A DNA stretch of 64,000 bases from Prorocentrum cordatum (Eukaryota), in assembly GCA_963575745.1 (NCBI GenBank), contig CAUYUJ010000216.1, positions 1 to 64,000 of the forward strand. Direction: 5' to 3'. This document shows, in pieces, positions 1-11,452 of the stretch. The notes beneath the pieces are model-generated. The model was not told the origin of the DNA and did not search any database. It was given only the letters and a program-made list of their open reading frames with translations. The translations under genes and the position numbers were made by a program. Within the stretch, counting starts at the first letter, position 1. Each line of letters begins with the position of its first letter.

Positions 1-299
1 GAGGAGGAGGAGGAGAAGTGATATATATATATATATATATACGAACAACAACATCAGGAATATCAGAGGCCCAGTCCCGTGGGCATCGGTCCGCCTCCCC
101 CTGGGGCGGCCGGGCCGCAGGCGGCTGGAGCGAGCCGGGGGACCTGGACGTGCCGCCGGACCACCCGCTGCTGCGCCGCGAGCAGGCGCCGCGCCGCTCG
201 TCGCTGTCGGCGATCGGCGGCGGCGTCACGCCAGCGTGGACGGCGTCGTCGTCGTCGTCGTCCGCCGCGTCGCCACGGCAGGGCGGGGGAGGATGGGGA

Positions 300-1310
300 G
301 TATGAGGATGAAGAATGGAGGAGGAGGAGGAGGAGGATGAAGGAGGGAGAGAGGAGAATGGAGAGGAGGAAGAATGGAGGAGGAGGAGGAGGAGGGAGGA
401 GGAGGAGGAGGAGGAGGAGGAGGGAGGAGGAGGTTAGGAGCGCGTCAGTAGGAGTAGGAAGAGGATGAGGAGGAGGAGAGGAGGAGGAGGGAGGAGGAGG
501 GGATAGATGAAGGAGGGAAAGGAGGAGTGAGGAGGAGGTGGGTGGAGGATTAGGCAGGTCCGTCCGCGCGAAGCTCGGCGGCCTGGGAGTCGGCGCGCCC
601 GTCCCCCCCCCCCCCCCGTGAGCAAGCGCTGGTCGGTCTAGGCCCGAACGGCGGCCTCTCCCGCGGGGAGGGGTTTCGCCAGCCCGGGCCTTTGGCAGCG
701 CTGCCCGTGAGCGCCAGGGCGACCGCGAGGGCGGGGCAGTGTCAACCTGGGCCCGCTGCCAGCGCCTGCCGCCTACCGCCGCCCAGCCCTGCCAGCAGCG
801 CTCACGCCTCTGCTGGCACGCCTGCGGCAGAGCCCGGCCAGCGGCGGCCCGCTGTGGCGGCTGCAGGCCGCCGGCGGCCCGGCCCCGCCTCGCGAGGGCC
901 GGCCGCCGTGCGGAGCTGCCGCGCTGTGGCGGCCTGCGGGCCGCAGCCCAGGGCCCTGCAGGCCCGCGCCAGCTCCCGCGGCGGTGGTCCTCCTCCTCCT
1001 CCTCCTCCTCCTCCTCCTCCTCCTCCTCCTCCTCCTCCTCCTCCTCCTCCTCCACCTCCGCCTCCGCCTCCTCCTCCTCCTCCCCCCTCCTCCTCCTTCC
1101 TCCTCCTCCTCTCCCCTCCTCCTCCTCCTTCCTCCTCCTCCTCCTCCATTCTTCCCTCCTCCTCCTCCTCCTCTCCTCCATTATTTCCTCCTCTCCTCCT
1201 CCTCTCTCTTCCTCCTCCTCCTCCTCCTCGCGCCTTCTCCTCCTCCTCCCCCTCCTCCTCCTCCTCCTCCATTATTCCTCCTCCTCTTCCTCCTCCTCCT
1301 CCGCCTCCTC
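300..1310. repeat. (GAG)n/(CCT)n low-complexity microsatellite arrays flanking a GC-rich spacer
   Basis: Long GGA runs at ~300-548 and CCT runs at ~987-1310. The poly-E/P/S/L ORFs here are artefacts of the repeats. Confidence 0.95.
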
Positions 1311-1330
1311 CGTAGCCATTTTGTCTCAAG
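1309..1330 (+). other. Dinoflagellate spliced-leader (DinoSL) relic at the 5' end of a LINE
   Basis: TCCGTAGCCATTTTGTCTCAAG matches the canonical DCCGTAGCCATTTTGGCTCAAG at 21/22 positions. Confidence 0.92.
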
Positions 1331-1520
1331 GTTGATGCCGCGGCGGGCTGAGCCCGCATGGGCAGAACTGGATACCGCTAGTCCGCGGCATACCCCGTTT
1401 GCTTTGCAGAGCCTGGTCCGCCCCAGGTCTCTGCGTGCCACTTGCTGCCCGCAGGTGAGCACGTCCGCGCGGCCGCCGCGCGATTGCACCCTTGTTTCTC
1501 AGTGCGCAGCGGCATGGGAT

Positions 1521-2696
1521 ATGGCAGTGCGAATGCAGCGGGATATTGGATGCAAGCCGTGTGGATATAAGTGGAACTGGAGCAGTAAGACCGAGTGCTC
1601 CAAGTGCAAGGCAAAGCTCTTCCCCACCTTCGGCGCCCCACCACCACCGTCAGGAGTATGGGCACATAATGACAAGCATTCTGCGGGTTGGTCAAACTCA
1701 GGACGGCCATGGAAGAAGTGGGCGCCGTGGAGACGTTCCACCCCCACCCACAAGGGCGACACGGCAGGCTGGGACAACGCGGAGGAACCGACGGGCGACG
1801 TCGGACAGCCCGACCCGCTCACCACGGTCTCCCTCATCGCGAGCTTGGCAGCATACCAGGGCGTCGGCGACCAGTCTGACCCCACCATCACGGCCGCCTT
1901 GGACACGCTGCGTCGCAAGGCCCAGGAGGAGGAGGAGAACGCCAAGCCGGCCCCAGCACCGCCCAAGCAGCGCACGGGTGCGCAGCTCCTGGGCGAGGCC
2001 AACCGCGCGCTCAAGGACCTCGATCATCGCATCGGGAAGCAAAGGAAGCAGCTCACGGACGCGCAGCTGTACCTGGACGACCAGAACGACTACATGGAGA
2101 AGTTGGTGCAGCAGCGTGTCGAGGTCCAACAGCGGCATCTCTTGGCCCTTCAAAAGGCTAATCATGAATCGGGCATCCTCGTGGTCAAGTCAGAGGATAA
2201 GAGCGGCGGAGGCACCCTCAAGGTCAAGTTCGAGTACGATGACACGCTCTTCGAAGGCCTCGAGGAGTGCGACATCCCCAAGGACGAGATGGACCGCATC
2301 ATACAGTGGAAAGGAGAGCTCGAGCAGTTCCAAAAGGAGCAGCTCGGCACGCTACAGGCGAAGTTCAAGTACATCGAAGAAATTCACGGGAAGGCGAAGA
2401 AGGCGCTGGCAGCCCCCAATAAGAAACGAAAGGTACTGGCAACAGATGGAGACGGCAAGAAGGTGGAGGCAGTCGACGAGGAACCCCGTTCGGCGGAGGC
2501 GGCGGCGGGTTCGGCGGCAGCGACGGCACCTTGCAGCAGTGGCTCGAGCACCCTCAACCCTGAGGAGGAGAAGCAGAAGATCCGAGAAGCCAATCAAGTG
2601 GCCTTGGAGCAGGCCCGCGCTGAGAGGCGCAAGGCTCGCGAAGTGGATGATAAAGGTGTTGATGCTGCTAATGGCGCTGGCCAGTCGCAGGTTTAG
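1521..2696 (+). CDS. LINE ORF1 protein: N-terminal RanBP2-like C4 zinc finger plus coiled coil
   Basis: CKPCGYKWNWSSKTECSKC followed by a charged helical region. An alternative in-frame ATG lies at 1335, just after the SL. Confidence 0.75.
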   Translation: MAVRMQRDIGCKPCGYKWNWSSKTECSKCKAKLFPTFGAPPPPSGVWAHNDKHSAGWSNSGRPWKKWAPWRRSTPTHKGDTAGWDNAEEPTGDVGQPDPLTTVSLIASLAAYQGVGDQSDPTITAALDTLRRKAQEEEENAKPAPAPPKQRTGAQLLGEANRALKDLDHRIGKQRKQLTDAQLYLDDQNDYMEKLVQQRVEVQQRHLLALQKANHESGILVVKSEDKSGGGTLKVKFEYDDTLFEGLEECDIPKDEMDRIIQWKGELEQFQKEQLGTLQAKFKYIEEIHGKAKKALAAPNKKRKVLATDGDGKKVEAVDEEPRSAEAAAGSAAATAPCSSGSSTLNPEEEKQKIREANQVALEQARAERRKAREVDDKGVDAANGAGQSQV

Positions 2697-5600
2697 CGAG
2701 CCGACGCCCGACCGGCAGAGCGACCAGTTCCAGGTTCTTTTCGGCAACATCACGGAGTGGGGCCCTCAGGCGCAGAACTACATCGAGGGCCCCAACAGCA
2801 AGCAGTTCGACTGTATCGCGCTCCTGGAGACCCACAAAGGGCCAGCGGACGTGCCCGTTATGAAGACGTTCTTGCAGAAGGAAGGTTGGAAGGCAGCGAT
2901 CACCCCCGCAGTGCCCAGTGGCAAGTCGCACAAAGGTCTGTCGGCTGGGGAGATGGTCGCCACGCGCACGCATATCCAGGCCACTTCGTTGGAGCACTGG
3001 AAGAGCAAGCAGGACAAGCAGGGCGACGCGACCTTTGTGGGTTTCTCCCCAATGGTACTCCACCTCAGCATCGGCAATGTCCTCCTCATCGCGGCGTACC
3101 TGCAGCCGAAGCTGAACTTCGCGGGCAGGAATCGGAAAATCATGGCAGCCCTCGCAGCTTTTGTAAGATTGCAGAAAGACGCATGACTGTGCTTGCAGAT
3201 TGGAATTGCGTTCCCAGCGAACTACTTGCCTCAGGTTGGATAGAGCAGATGCGGGGGGAGATAGTCACGGGCCCAGAGGAGGTGAGTTGCGATAAAGGCA
3301 AAGGTTCGTCATATGATTATGGAGTGGTCTCGGCAGGGTTCAAGGATGACCTCACCATCTCCAAGGAGCTCGCGGTACCGTGGGCCACGCATTGTGGGCT
3401 GCGGATACGGATGGCTGGAAAGAAGCAGCGCTGGTGGCACCGCATGATGGACATCCCAAAACGTTCACCGTCTGAGCCGAGGCCGAAGAAGCAGAAGGAC
3501 ACCAACAGCAAGCGGAGCAGGCAGCAACAGCGACTACAACAGCGACGAGAGGCTCTGGCTCCAGAATTACGACACGGATTCGATCTACTGGAACAGGACC
3601 CAGAGGCAGAGGGTCTGGACACATCCCCGACATTAGTGACGCCGACGGAGGCTGTTTCAACCACCTCCCTCTACATCGGCGACGACACCTGGGAGCACGC
3701 CAAAAGGGGATGGTCTGGTAGCATTCAACTTCGATGGGAGCGATGGCAGCCGCAAGCCTATCGCGAGCGCCCTCGACTGGCGCACTATTTGGCGAACAGC
3801 TACGGCAAGTGGATCACGACAGTAGAGGAGGCAATACTACAACACTCAGAAGTACCAGTGCATCAACGAGATAGTTGTCGCGGCAGGGCGCAAGGTTTTG
3901 ACATCAAATGGAAGGTAAGCACGGCATCACCAGGCATGCCACAACTGTATAACCCCGAAGCTGATTGGTGGGTGATCACTCATACGCAAGCGGCCGCAAT
4001 CGGTGGCCTGGTCAAGAACAACAGGGATCCGCAGCAGTTGCAGCAGAGAGAGCAAGATTTTCGGCGACGCATACAGCAGGTGCACGCGGTCAGCAAGCAC
4101 AAAGACGTCGAGCTCCTCAATCAGTGGCAGCAGCAGGCGCACGACATTTTCAGTCCAGTACGACAGGAGCGACAAGACGTGATAGAAATCACAGAAAGAT
4201 TGGCAGGCCAAGCAGCGAGGCGCGCTATGGCTGACGGCACCAAGGGCTTCACCAAGTGGGCTCAAGATATGTGGAAGAAGGCCCCAGGTGCTCTGCACCG
4301 ATGGACAAAATACAACCAACAACCACGACTCGAGGAGGTGATCTCGGGCAAACTAGTGGCGGACCCCGTCCTCATCATGAAGCACAAGAGTGACACTTGG
4401 GCCAAGAAGTGGACCGCCACAGCCCACAGACAAGCAGCGCTTGCAGAAGCTCTCCAACGTTGCCGACAGCAGGCTGGGTTGGAAGAACTACCGTTACTCA
4501 CCATCCAGGACCTCGACGCGGCGACACGTCGCATGGGAGTGGAGAAGGCAAGAGGGATCGACGCAATTGGCCCGTTAGATATTGAACGTCTCCCAGACCA
4601 AGCGAAGGTAGATTTTCTGGGCATCATCGCTGACGCCGAAAGCTATCTCATGTGGCCCCCACAAGTACTCGGCACCATTGGAGCGATCGCGGGCAAACCT
4701 GCTGGAGGTGATAGAGTTTTGGGGCTGCTACCTATGACAATACGCATATGGTCACGTATGCGGCCTGGTGTGGTAGAGCCCTGGACGCAGCAGCTCGAGG
4801 ATCATTGGGGCACGGCGCTACGTGGATCTTCGGCACTACGAGCGGCATTACTCAGAGCCACGCTCGATGAAACAGGGCACACAATGGGAATTGCACACGC
4901 GGAGTTGTTCGCCGATATGGAGCAGTTTTATGATTCATTGGATCTTGGGCGGCTGATAGACACGGGGATCAAGCTGGATTTCTCACCGACAGTTATGGCA
5001 ATGGAAGTGGAAGCGTTCTTGGGGCCACGGCATCTCAAGCACGCGGAATGGATAGGGCCCAGAATCGACCCGACGTGTTCGATCGTCGCTGGTTCGGCAC
5101 AGGGCACCAGGTTCGCTAAAGTGTACCTCTTCCCCTTCTTGGAAGCAGCGCAGAAGAGAGTGCAGGCAGCGGGCTTGTGGTCGCACGTGGACGACACGGT
5201 TGGACGTGTCGAAGGCACGGAGGAAATGGTTGAGAAGCAGATGTTAGAGTTGGCTGACGAGTTCATACACCAGGCCGCTCAGCGCAACCTGACGATCTCG
5301 CCGAAGACGGTGCTAGTGGCGTCGAACCCCAAGTTGCGAAGGCGTATCTGGCGCAAGCTTCAACAGCGCGGTTTTCCCGGCAAACAGCAAGCAGACATGG
5401 TGGACCTTGGCGCCGACGTCAGTGGCATGGGCAAGCGAACACAAAAGAAAGCCGGAGCAAGGCAGCGCAAGGCCAAACAGAGAGCAGGCAAGATCCTTCG
5501 AATAAGACGAATGGCGACGAAGGTTGCGAAGATCACCCAAGGCTTGTTCACCACAGGCGTTTCCCCGCAGGAGTCGTACGGGCACGAGGTCTGGGGCATC

Positions 5601-8600
5601 GCACCTAGCCGCATATTACAACTACGAAGGATGGCAATGCGATCGGCTGCTGGTACTGCACCTGGGCGGTGTCTATCCACGGGCATGGCGGTGCTGTACC
5701 ACCTCAAGGGCCCAGGCATCAGCTTACGGAGGCAGCTAGTCAGCGAATGGCTACAACAATGGATGCACCACCCTGAGCTCCACAGACGAGTACGCCAAGT
5801 ATGGGGCCCTACGTACCGCAAGCTGGTCAGAGCAGGATCTAAGATGTGGCGCAAGGTGAATGGACCAGTGGCGGCAATACAAGCTACTTTGATCGCGGCA
5901 GGGTGGAAGCCAGAGCAGGCAGGTCTCTGGAAGCGACCTACGCAGCAAGGAGACGAACAATGGCAGCTCCCTTTCATTGACGACGACGGCAAGTGCGACA
6001 TCGATGCCATAGAATATATTCAATTGCTAGAAGACCTCGCGTACGACCTAGACGCAGCACGGTGGGCACAAGCTGCAACACATTTACATGGCGAAGATTT
6101 ACTACGCGGAGGAGATATTTGGCATATCAGCAAGGAGCAGAAAAGGTTCAGCCAGCGCGCAGAGTGGCAGGACTGGGCGCTCAACAATGTGGTGGTTGCA
6201 GGGGGGCGATGGACACGACAAAGACAGATGCAAGCCGGCTGCGAATGCGACACAAATATCTGCTCGAGGTGCAAGCAGGAGCCCGAGACCCTTTTCCACC
6301 GCATCTACACTCGTGCTGCAAACACAGGGCACGAGACCTACGAGAGGACGGACTATGTGGTGCCCAAAGCGATGGCAGGAGTGGAAGCGAACCCCACCCT
6401 TTGGCTGCGTGGGATCCCGCCAAGAGACTTCACCCACCCAGAAGTCCCCGACATTGATAGACAGGACTACGTCAGGTTCGGCGATTACGAGGAGGCTCGA
6501 GTACCTGGACGGCGGCTGTATCTCTTTGGCGACGGATCAGGAGGCACCCACGGTGCAGACCCACGAAGGCGGCGAGTTGGCATAGGCGTGGCGGCTATGA
6601 AGATGATCGATGGCAAGTGGCAGATGTCTGCAGGTACGATGGCAGATTTACCAGGACGGCGACAAACAGTACCAAGAGGGGAGCTCATGGCTTTCGCGAT
6701 CGCGATAGAGGAAACCCGAGGTGACATAGTGTACGTCACGGACCATCATCCACTACTCAACGCGTGGTCGAGAGGTTGAACACACGACCCAGGTAGAGGT
6801 AAGAATGCGGACATATGGGCACGTATCAAGCGTGCAATCATGGACACAAGCCCCAGGCAGATAGAAGTGGAGTGGACCCCCTCACATCAGGACGAGGAGG
6901 AGGCAGAGCTGATCAACCCGATCTTCGCGATGGGCACTAGTTTCGCAGACGCTCTAGCGACAGTTGCAGCGGAGGCATCATGGGACAGAGTGAGCAGGCC
7001 CCTACCTCGCACGGATGAACGGGACGCGATCTGTGCACACGTCAGACTACGAGCACGGCAGGCATTGGCAGACACAGCGATCACGGATCCCTGGTGCGCA
7101 GAGAGACCCTCCACGGCCAAGCCTAAGGTAAAGCGAGACAAGCAGCAGGATATCATCAGCAGCGCCAAGCAGCACGACATGGTCAAGCTTAAAAATACGT
7201 GGTTCTGTACAGCGTGCAGGCAGTATATCGCAGCGGACGCCCTGCACGAGTTCGCGAAGACGGAGTGCAACGCCTCGTTCACCGCGGCGAACGAGATCGT
7301 GGATGTCAAGGGCGACAGGTTTATGGGTAATAGGAAGATACACCAGAGTCGCGCCATCAGTGAATGGGCTCGGTATGGTCTGCTGTTCTGTGCACGGTGT
7401 GCGGCGTATGGCGCGACCATCGGTAAGAGGTTGAGGGAGCCGTGTGACGAGACGATCACCAAGTACGGGTAGGATGAACAGGATACGAGATGGGCCATGC
7501 CCTGGCTATAAAGCACCACCGAAGGCGGCACAAGAGGCGGACTTGGCGCGGACTGTGAGGGAGTTGCGGGATCAGGAGCGCCTGGCCCCGCATGAGGAGC
7601 AAGTCCCCTCGGTGCTGACAACCCCCCCACCAGAACCACATCCACAGCCTCGACCTAGAAGGACAGTGAAGCGACGACCAGCAGCGAGATGCACACCACC
7701 AGCAGTACATCCTGCGGATAGCGCAGACGAGGGCCAGCTTACTGCACAGCCCGAGACGAAGGCAGATTACGACGACCCAGACCTGCAGCGGGACCTAGAC
7801 GATTTTTTCGGAGATCCCCAGCGCGGTGAGGGGTTAGACCGCATAGTGCCCCTGCGTGGCGAGGGGTTAGGCCACGGCAGCCCCCAGCGCGGTGAGGGGT
7901 TAGACCGCAGTGGTGAGCAAGACGCGGACTTATTGACCAACAGTGTGGTAGACAGGACCTCGCAACTAACAGAGCGGACCCATGCCTTGGGAAACCGACA
8001 GGCTGAACGCGAGGGGGAGGGCTTGGCCCGCGGATACCACGTGAACCGCAAACACAGCGAGTGGAATAGTCGGGGGACCGCTCCCGAGCCAGTGGGCGGA
8101 ACCATCAAGGATGGGGGCAGTGCGAGGCTTGACGTTCCCCCGCGCGGTGAGGGGTTAGACCGCATCAGCAGTGATCCCCAGCGTGGCGAGGGGTGAGGCC
8201 ACTTTCCCCCCCAGCACGGCGAGGGGTTAGGCCGCAGCAATGGATCGGCAGCAAGCTCGAGCAGGTTGCCACGGGCACCGACTGGCGACTACATCGAGCT
8301 AGAGCTGTATGACGAGTATGACAACGATGTTCCCCAGCACGGTGAGGGGTTAGACCGTGCCCGGCCCCAGCACGGCGACAGTGCGGGGCAATGCGATCCC
8401 CAGCGCGGTGAGGGGTTAGACCGCAGCACCCCCCAGCGTGGCGAGGGGTTAGGCCACCGACCCCAGCGCGGTGAGGGGTTAGACCGCTCCCTACCCCAGC
8501 GTGGCGAGGGGTTAGGCCAGGTCCCTGACGAGCCCAGAAGGCATGACGCTGACTACGTCACCGACATTGTGGTAGACAGGACCTCGCGACTAACAGAGCG

Positions 8601-9495
8601 GGCGGACCCATTCCCTGGGTAACCGACAGACTGAACGCGAGGGGGAGGGCTTGGCCCGCGGATACCATGTGAACCGCGAACACAGCGTGCGGCATTGCCA
8701 GGATACCTCGCCCGAGCGAGAAGACAGCAGCATCAAATATGGCAACAGTGCGAGACGCGGCGTCCCCCCGCGCGGTGAGGGGTTAGACCGCAGCAGCAGA
8801 CCCCAGAGGGACAAGGGGTTAGGCCACAGGCCCCAGCACGGTAAGGGAGTCGGCCGCACCGATCCCCAGCGTGGCGAGGGGTTAGGCCACTCTACTCCCC
8901 AGCGCGGCGAGGGGTTAGGCCGCAGCTGGCAGCGAGCTCGAGCACGTTGTCACGGGCACCGACTGGCGACTATATCGAGCTAGAGCTGCAGGCCGACGAT
9001 GACGACGAGGTCCCCCAGCACGGTGAGGGGTTAGACTGCACCCGGCCCCAGCACGGCGAGAGTGCAGGGCAAGGAGATCCCCAGCGCGGGGAGGGGTTAG
9101 ACCGCAGCTGCATTCCCCTGCGTGGCGAGGGGTCAGGCCACCGACCCCAGCGCGGTGAGGGGTTAGACCGCTTCCTGCCCCAGCGTGGCGAGGGGTTCGG
9201 CCACAACATTCCCCAGCGCGGCGAGGGGATAGGCCGCAGAGGGTTTGCTTCGAGTTCGAGCTGGTTGGCATTGGTACAGCCCGCCGACTACATCGAGCTG
9301 GAGCTCTACGATGAGGACGACGAGGCTCCAGGCCCGTCGCCCGCCAGCGGCGTGACACAGGCGCAGACCTGTGCGCCTGTCGCCGCCGCCGCCGCCCGCT
9401 CGCTGTGCGTGAACCCCAGAGTGCCCGCGACCTTGGCACCTGGGAGTGGGCCCCCGCTGGGAAACGGGCCAGCGGGCGGCGGTGAAAGAGACTGA
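2697..9495 (+). pseudogene. LINE ORF2 (APE endonuclease, RT, CCHC remnant, RNase H, C-terminal zinc fingers and repeat tail), disrupted
   Basis: APE: FGNITEW, LLETH, LADWN, YDYGVV (frameshift ~3180). RT: KARGIDAIG, GDRVLGLLP, ADMEQFYD, IVAGSAQG, SHVDDT. Knuckle: CSRC..ETLFH. RNase H: FGDGSG, QTVPRGEL, VTD, WTPSH, ADALA. In-frame TGA at 6777 and 8194; further frameshifts at ~7470, ~8620 and ~8950. Confidence 0.88.
7816..9237 (+). repeat. About 24 copies of a 27-bp unit CCCCAGCGYGGYGAGGGGTTAGRCCRC (PQRGEGLDR/GH) in a higher-order duplication
   Basis: Copies occur in clusters with 30-36 bp periods. The interposed ~200-bp block (..GTGGTAGACAGGACCTCGC..) is present at ~7945 and ~8569. Confidence 0.9.
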
Positions 9496-9579
9496 TGGAT
9501 TAACTACGGGCTCGCCATGTCGCGCTGGGGCCTCGGTGTCAGCGCGGGGTGGCGACTCTAGTGGCGTGCCTAACCTAAT

Positions 9580-9987
9580 CCTCCTCCGCCTCCTCCTCCT
9601 CCCCCTCCTCCTCCTCCTCCTCCTCCTCCATTATTCCTCCTCCTCCTCCTCCGCTTCCTCCTCCTCCTCCTCCGCCTCCTCCCCTCCTCCCCTCCTCCTC
9701 CTCCTCCTCCTCCTCCTCCTCCTCCTCCTCCTCCTCCTCCTCCTCCTCCTCCTCCTCCACCTCCGCCTCCGCCTCCTCCTCCTCCTCCCCCCTCCCCCCG
9801 CCTCGAGAGCGAAGGGCGTCGGCCTGGCGCCGGGCAGCGGGGGAGGGCGCCTCGCTCGCCGCGCGGCGGCTGGCCTGCCGCCCCGCCGCGCGGGCGCCCG
9901 CAGCTCGGCCGGGGTGCCAGCCCCGGGGTGGCGCGATGGCCGTCGCCGTCGTCGTCGTCGTCGGCGTCGTCGCCGTCGTCGTCGTCA

Positions 9988-10028
<41 letters not shown>

Positions 10029-10310
10029 GGTGGTCGCCGTCGTCGTGGAGTTGCGCGTTCGAGGCGGCCGTCTGCGGTGGCGGCGCCAGGTCGGCGCTGC
10101 CTCTGTGCGAGGTCGGGGCAGGTCGCCGCGCCCCGCAGCGCGGGGGCGGGGCCGCCGACGCTCTGGGGAGTCCCCCGTGGCGGCGCGCCACCTCCTCCTC
10201 CTCCTCCTCCTCCTCCTCCTCCTGCTGCTGCTCCTCCTCCTCCTCCTCCTGCTCCTCCTCCTCCTCCTCCTCCTTCTTCTCCTCCTCCTCCTCCTCCTCC
10301 TCCTCTCCAC
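9580..10310. repeat. (CCT)n and (GTC)n microsatellites
   Basis: Seen directly in the sequence. Confidence 0.95.
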
Positions 10311-10337
10311 GCCCCGGGCCCCGCCCAGCTGGCATGA

Positions 10338-11171
10338 AGTCGGGCGTGTCCCTCGACAGGGGTATATTTTTATAAGCCCGGGCGGGGGACCCCCGCCCCC
10401 ACAACCGGACGACCGGGATCTGGGGCTTTGGGGCCCTGCGGACGGGCCTCGAAGCGGCCCCCCGGGCCTCGCAGGGCGTTTTGCCAAGCGTTCCCAGCCA
10501 ACCCAGGGCGATCAGGGGGGTCATCGGAGACGTCCCAGAGACCCCCAAGACAGCACAAGAGCGCTCCAAGAGTGACCGACGTGACCTCAAGATGGCCCAA
10601 GAGGCATTCAGGACGGCCCCAAAGAGGCCTCCAAGAGCACTCCCAAGAAGGTCCCACGAGGCAAAAATCATAGATTGTCTAGCGGTTTTTGGTGAATGTT
10701 GGGGTTCTCCTCTTTTCGGTTTCCCGACGCTCCAAGACGGCGGTCTTCTGGGCGTCCGAAGCCGCCTGGGAGGCTCCAAAATCGCCCCACAACCATCCGA
10801 GAGGCTTCCAGGCAGTCCAGGAGAGCCCCAAAACGGCACAACACGGGTCCAAGATGGCCCTCAGAGAGCCCCATGGCCCTCCAGAAGGCCTTCAGAAAGC
10901 CTGAAACAATTTTTGTGAGGCCCCCAGAGGCTCTCCAAGGAGGAGCCTCCGCAAAAAAGAGCTGAGGAGGATGGGGAGAATGCGCAGTGTATGGCGAAAA
11001 TGAAGAAAAAGAAGCATGGAGGAAGGAACATTATTATAGCGGCGATGCCGGAATAGGCAACAAGGAGTTATCGCTAAATTGTCGGTTTGACCTTCCTGCT
11101 ATTCCGCCTGCGTGCCAAACATCAAGGACCAAGGTGCATTGCGCGAAGCGCCACTGCAGTCTTGTGTATAC

Positions 11172-11211
<40 letters not shown>

Positions 11212-11295
11212 GTAAGTATGTATGTATGTATGTATGTATGTATGTATGTATGTATGCATGTATGTATGTATGTATGTATGTGTATACATATATTC

Positions 11296-11326
<31 letters not shown>

Positions 11327-11452
11327 TGTAGACGTACATATATAAATAATTGGGGCGATTCGTGTTTAGCATTTTGGGTGTACTTTGGGATGCTTTTGCG
11401 GGTATTTCTGATTTTCCGTCCAACATCCGCCTGCAGGGGGACACGCCCGACC
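10338..11452. mobile_element. Putative non-autonomous TIR element containing satellite-like and (TATG)n/(TA)n sequence
   Basis: AGTCGGGCGTGTCCC at 10338 and GGGACACGCCCGACC ending at 11452, with TGA on both outer sides. Confidence 0.5.
11166..11345. repeat. (TATG)n and (TA)n microsatellite
   Basis: Seen directly in the sequence. Confidence 0.95.

Larger units (their letters stand above)
1309..9579 (+). mobile_element. Near full-length, decayed non-LTR retrotransposon (LINE; ORF1 plus APE-RT-zinc knuckle-RNase H ORF2)
   Basis: SL at the 5' end, two ORFs with LINE domains, a 3' end ...GTGCCTAACCTAAT, and (CCT)n on both sides sharing the marker CCATTATTCCTC. Confidence 0.9.

Noticed and set aside
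18..1310. Long poly-E/R/G/P/L ORFs (also 9446-10839, 12100-13050, 51100-51690)
   Set aside because: Products of stop-free trinucleotide repeats, open in several frames on both strands.
7816..9237. CRISPR-like array, or telomeric repeats (GGGTTAG within the unit)
   Set aside because: Spacers are only 3-9 bp and keep the reading frame, there are no cas genes, and the array lies inside a LINE. GGGTTAG is not tandem and differs from TTTAGGG.
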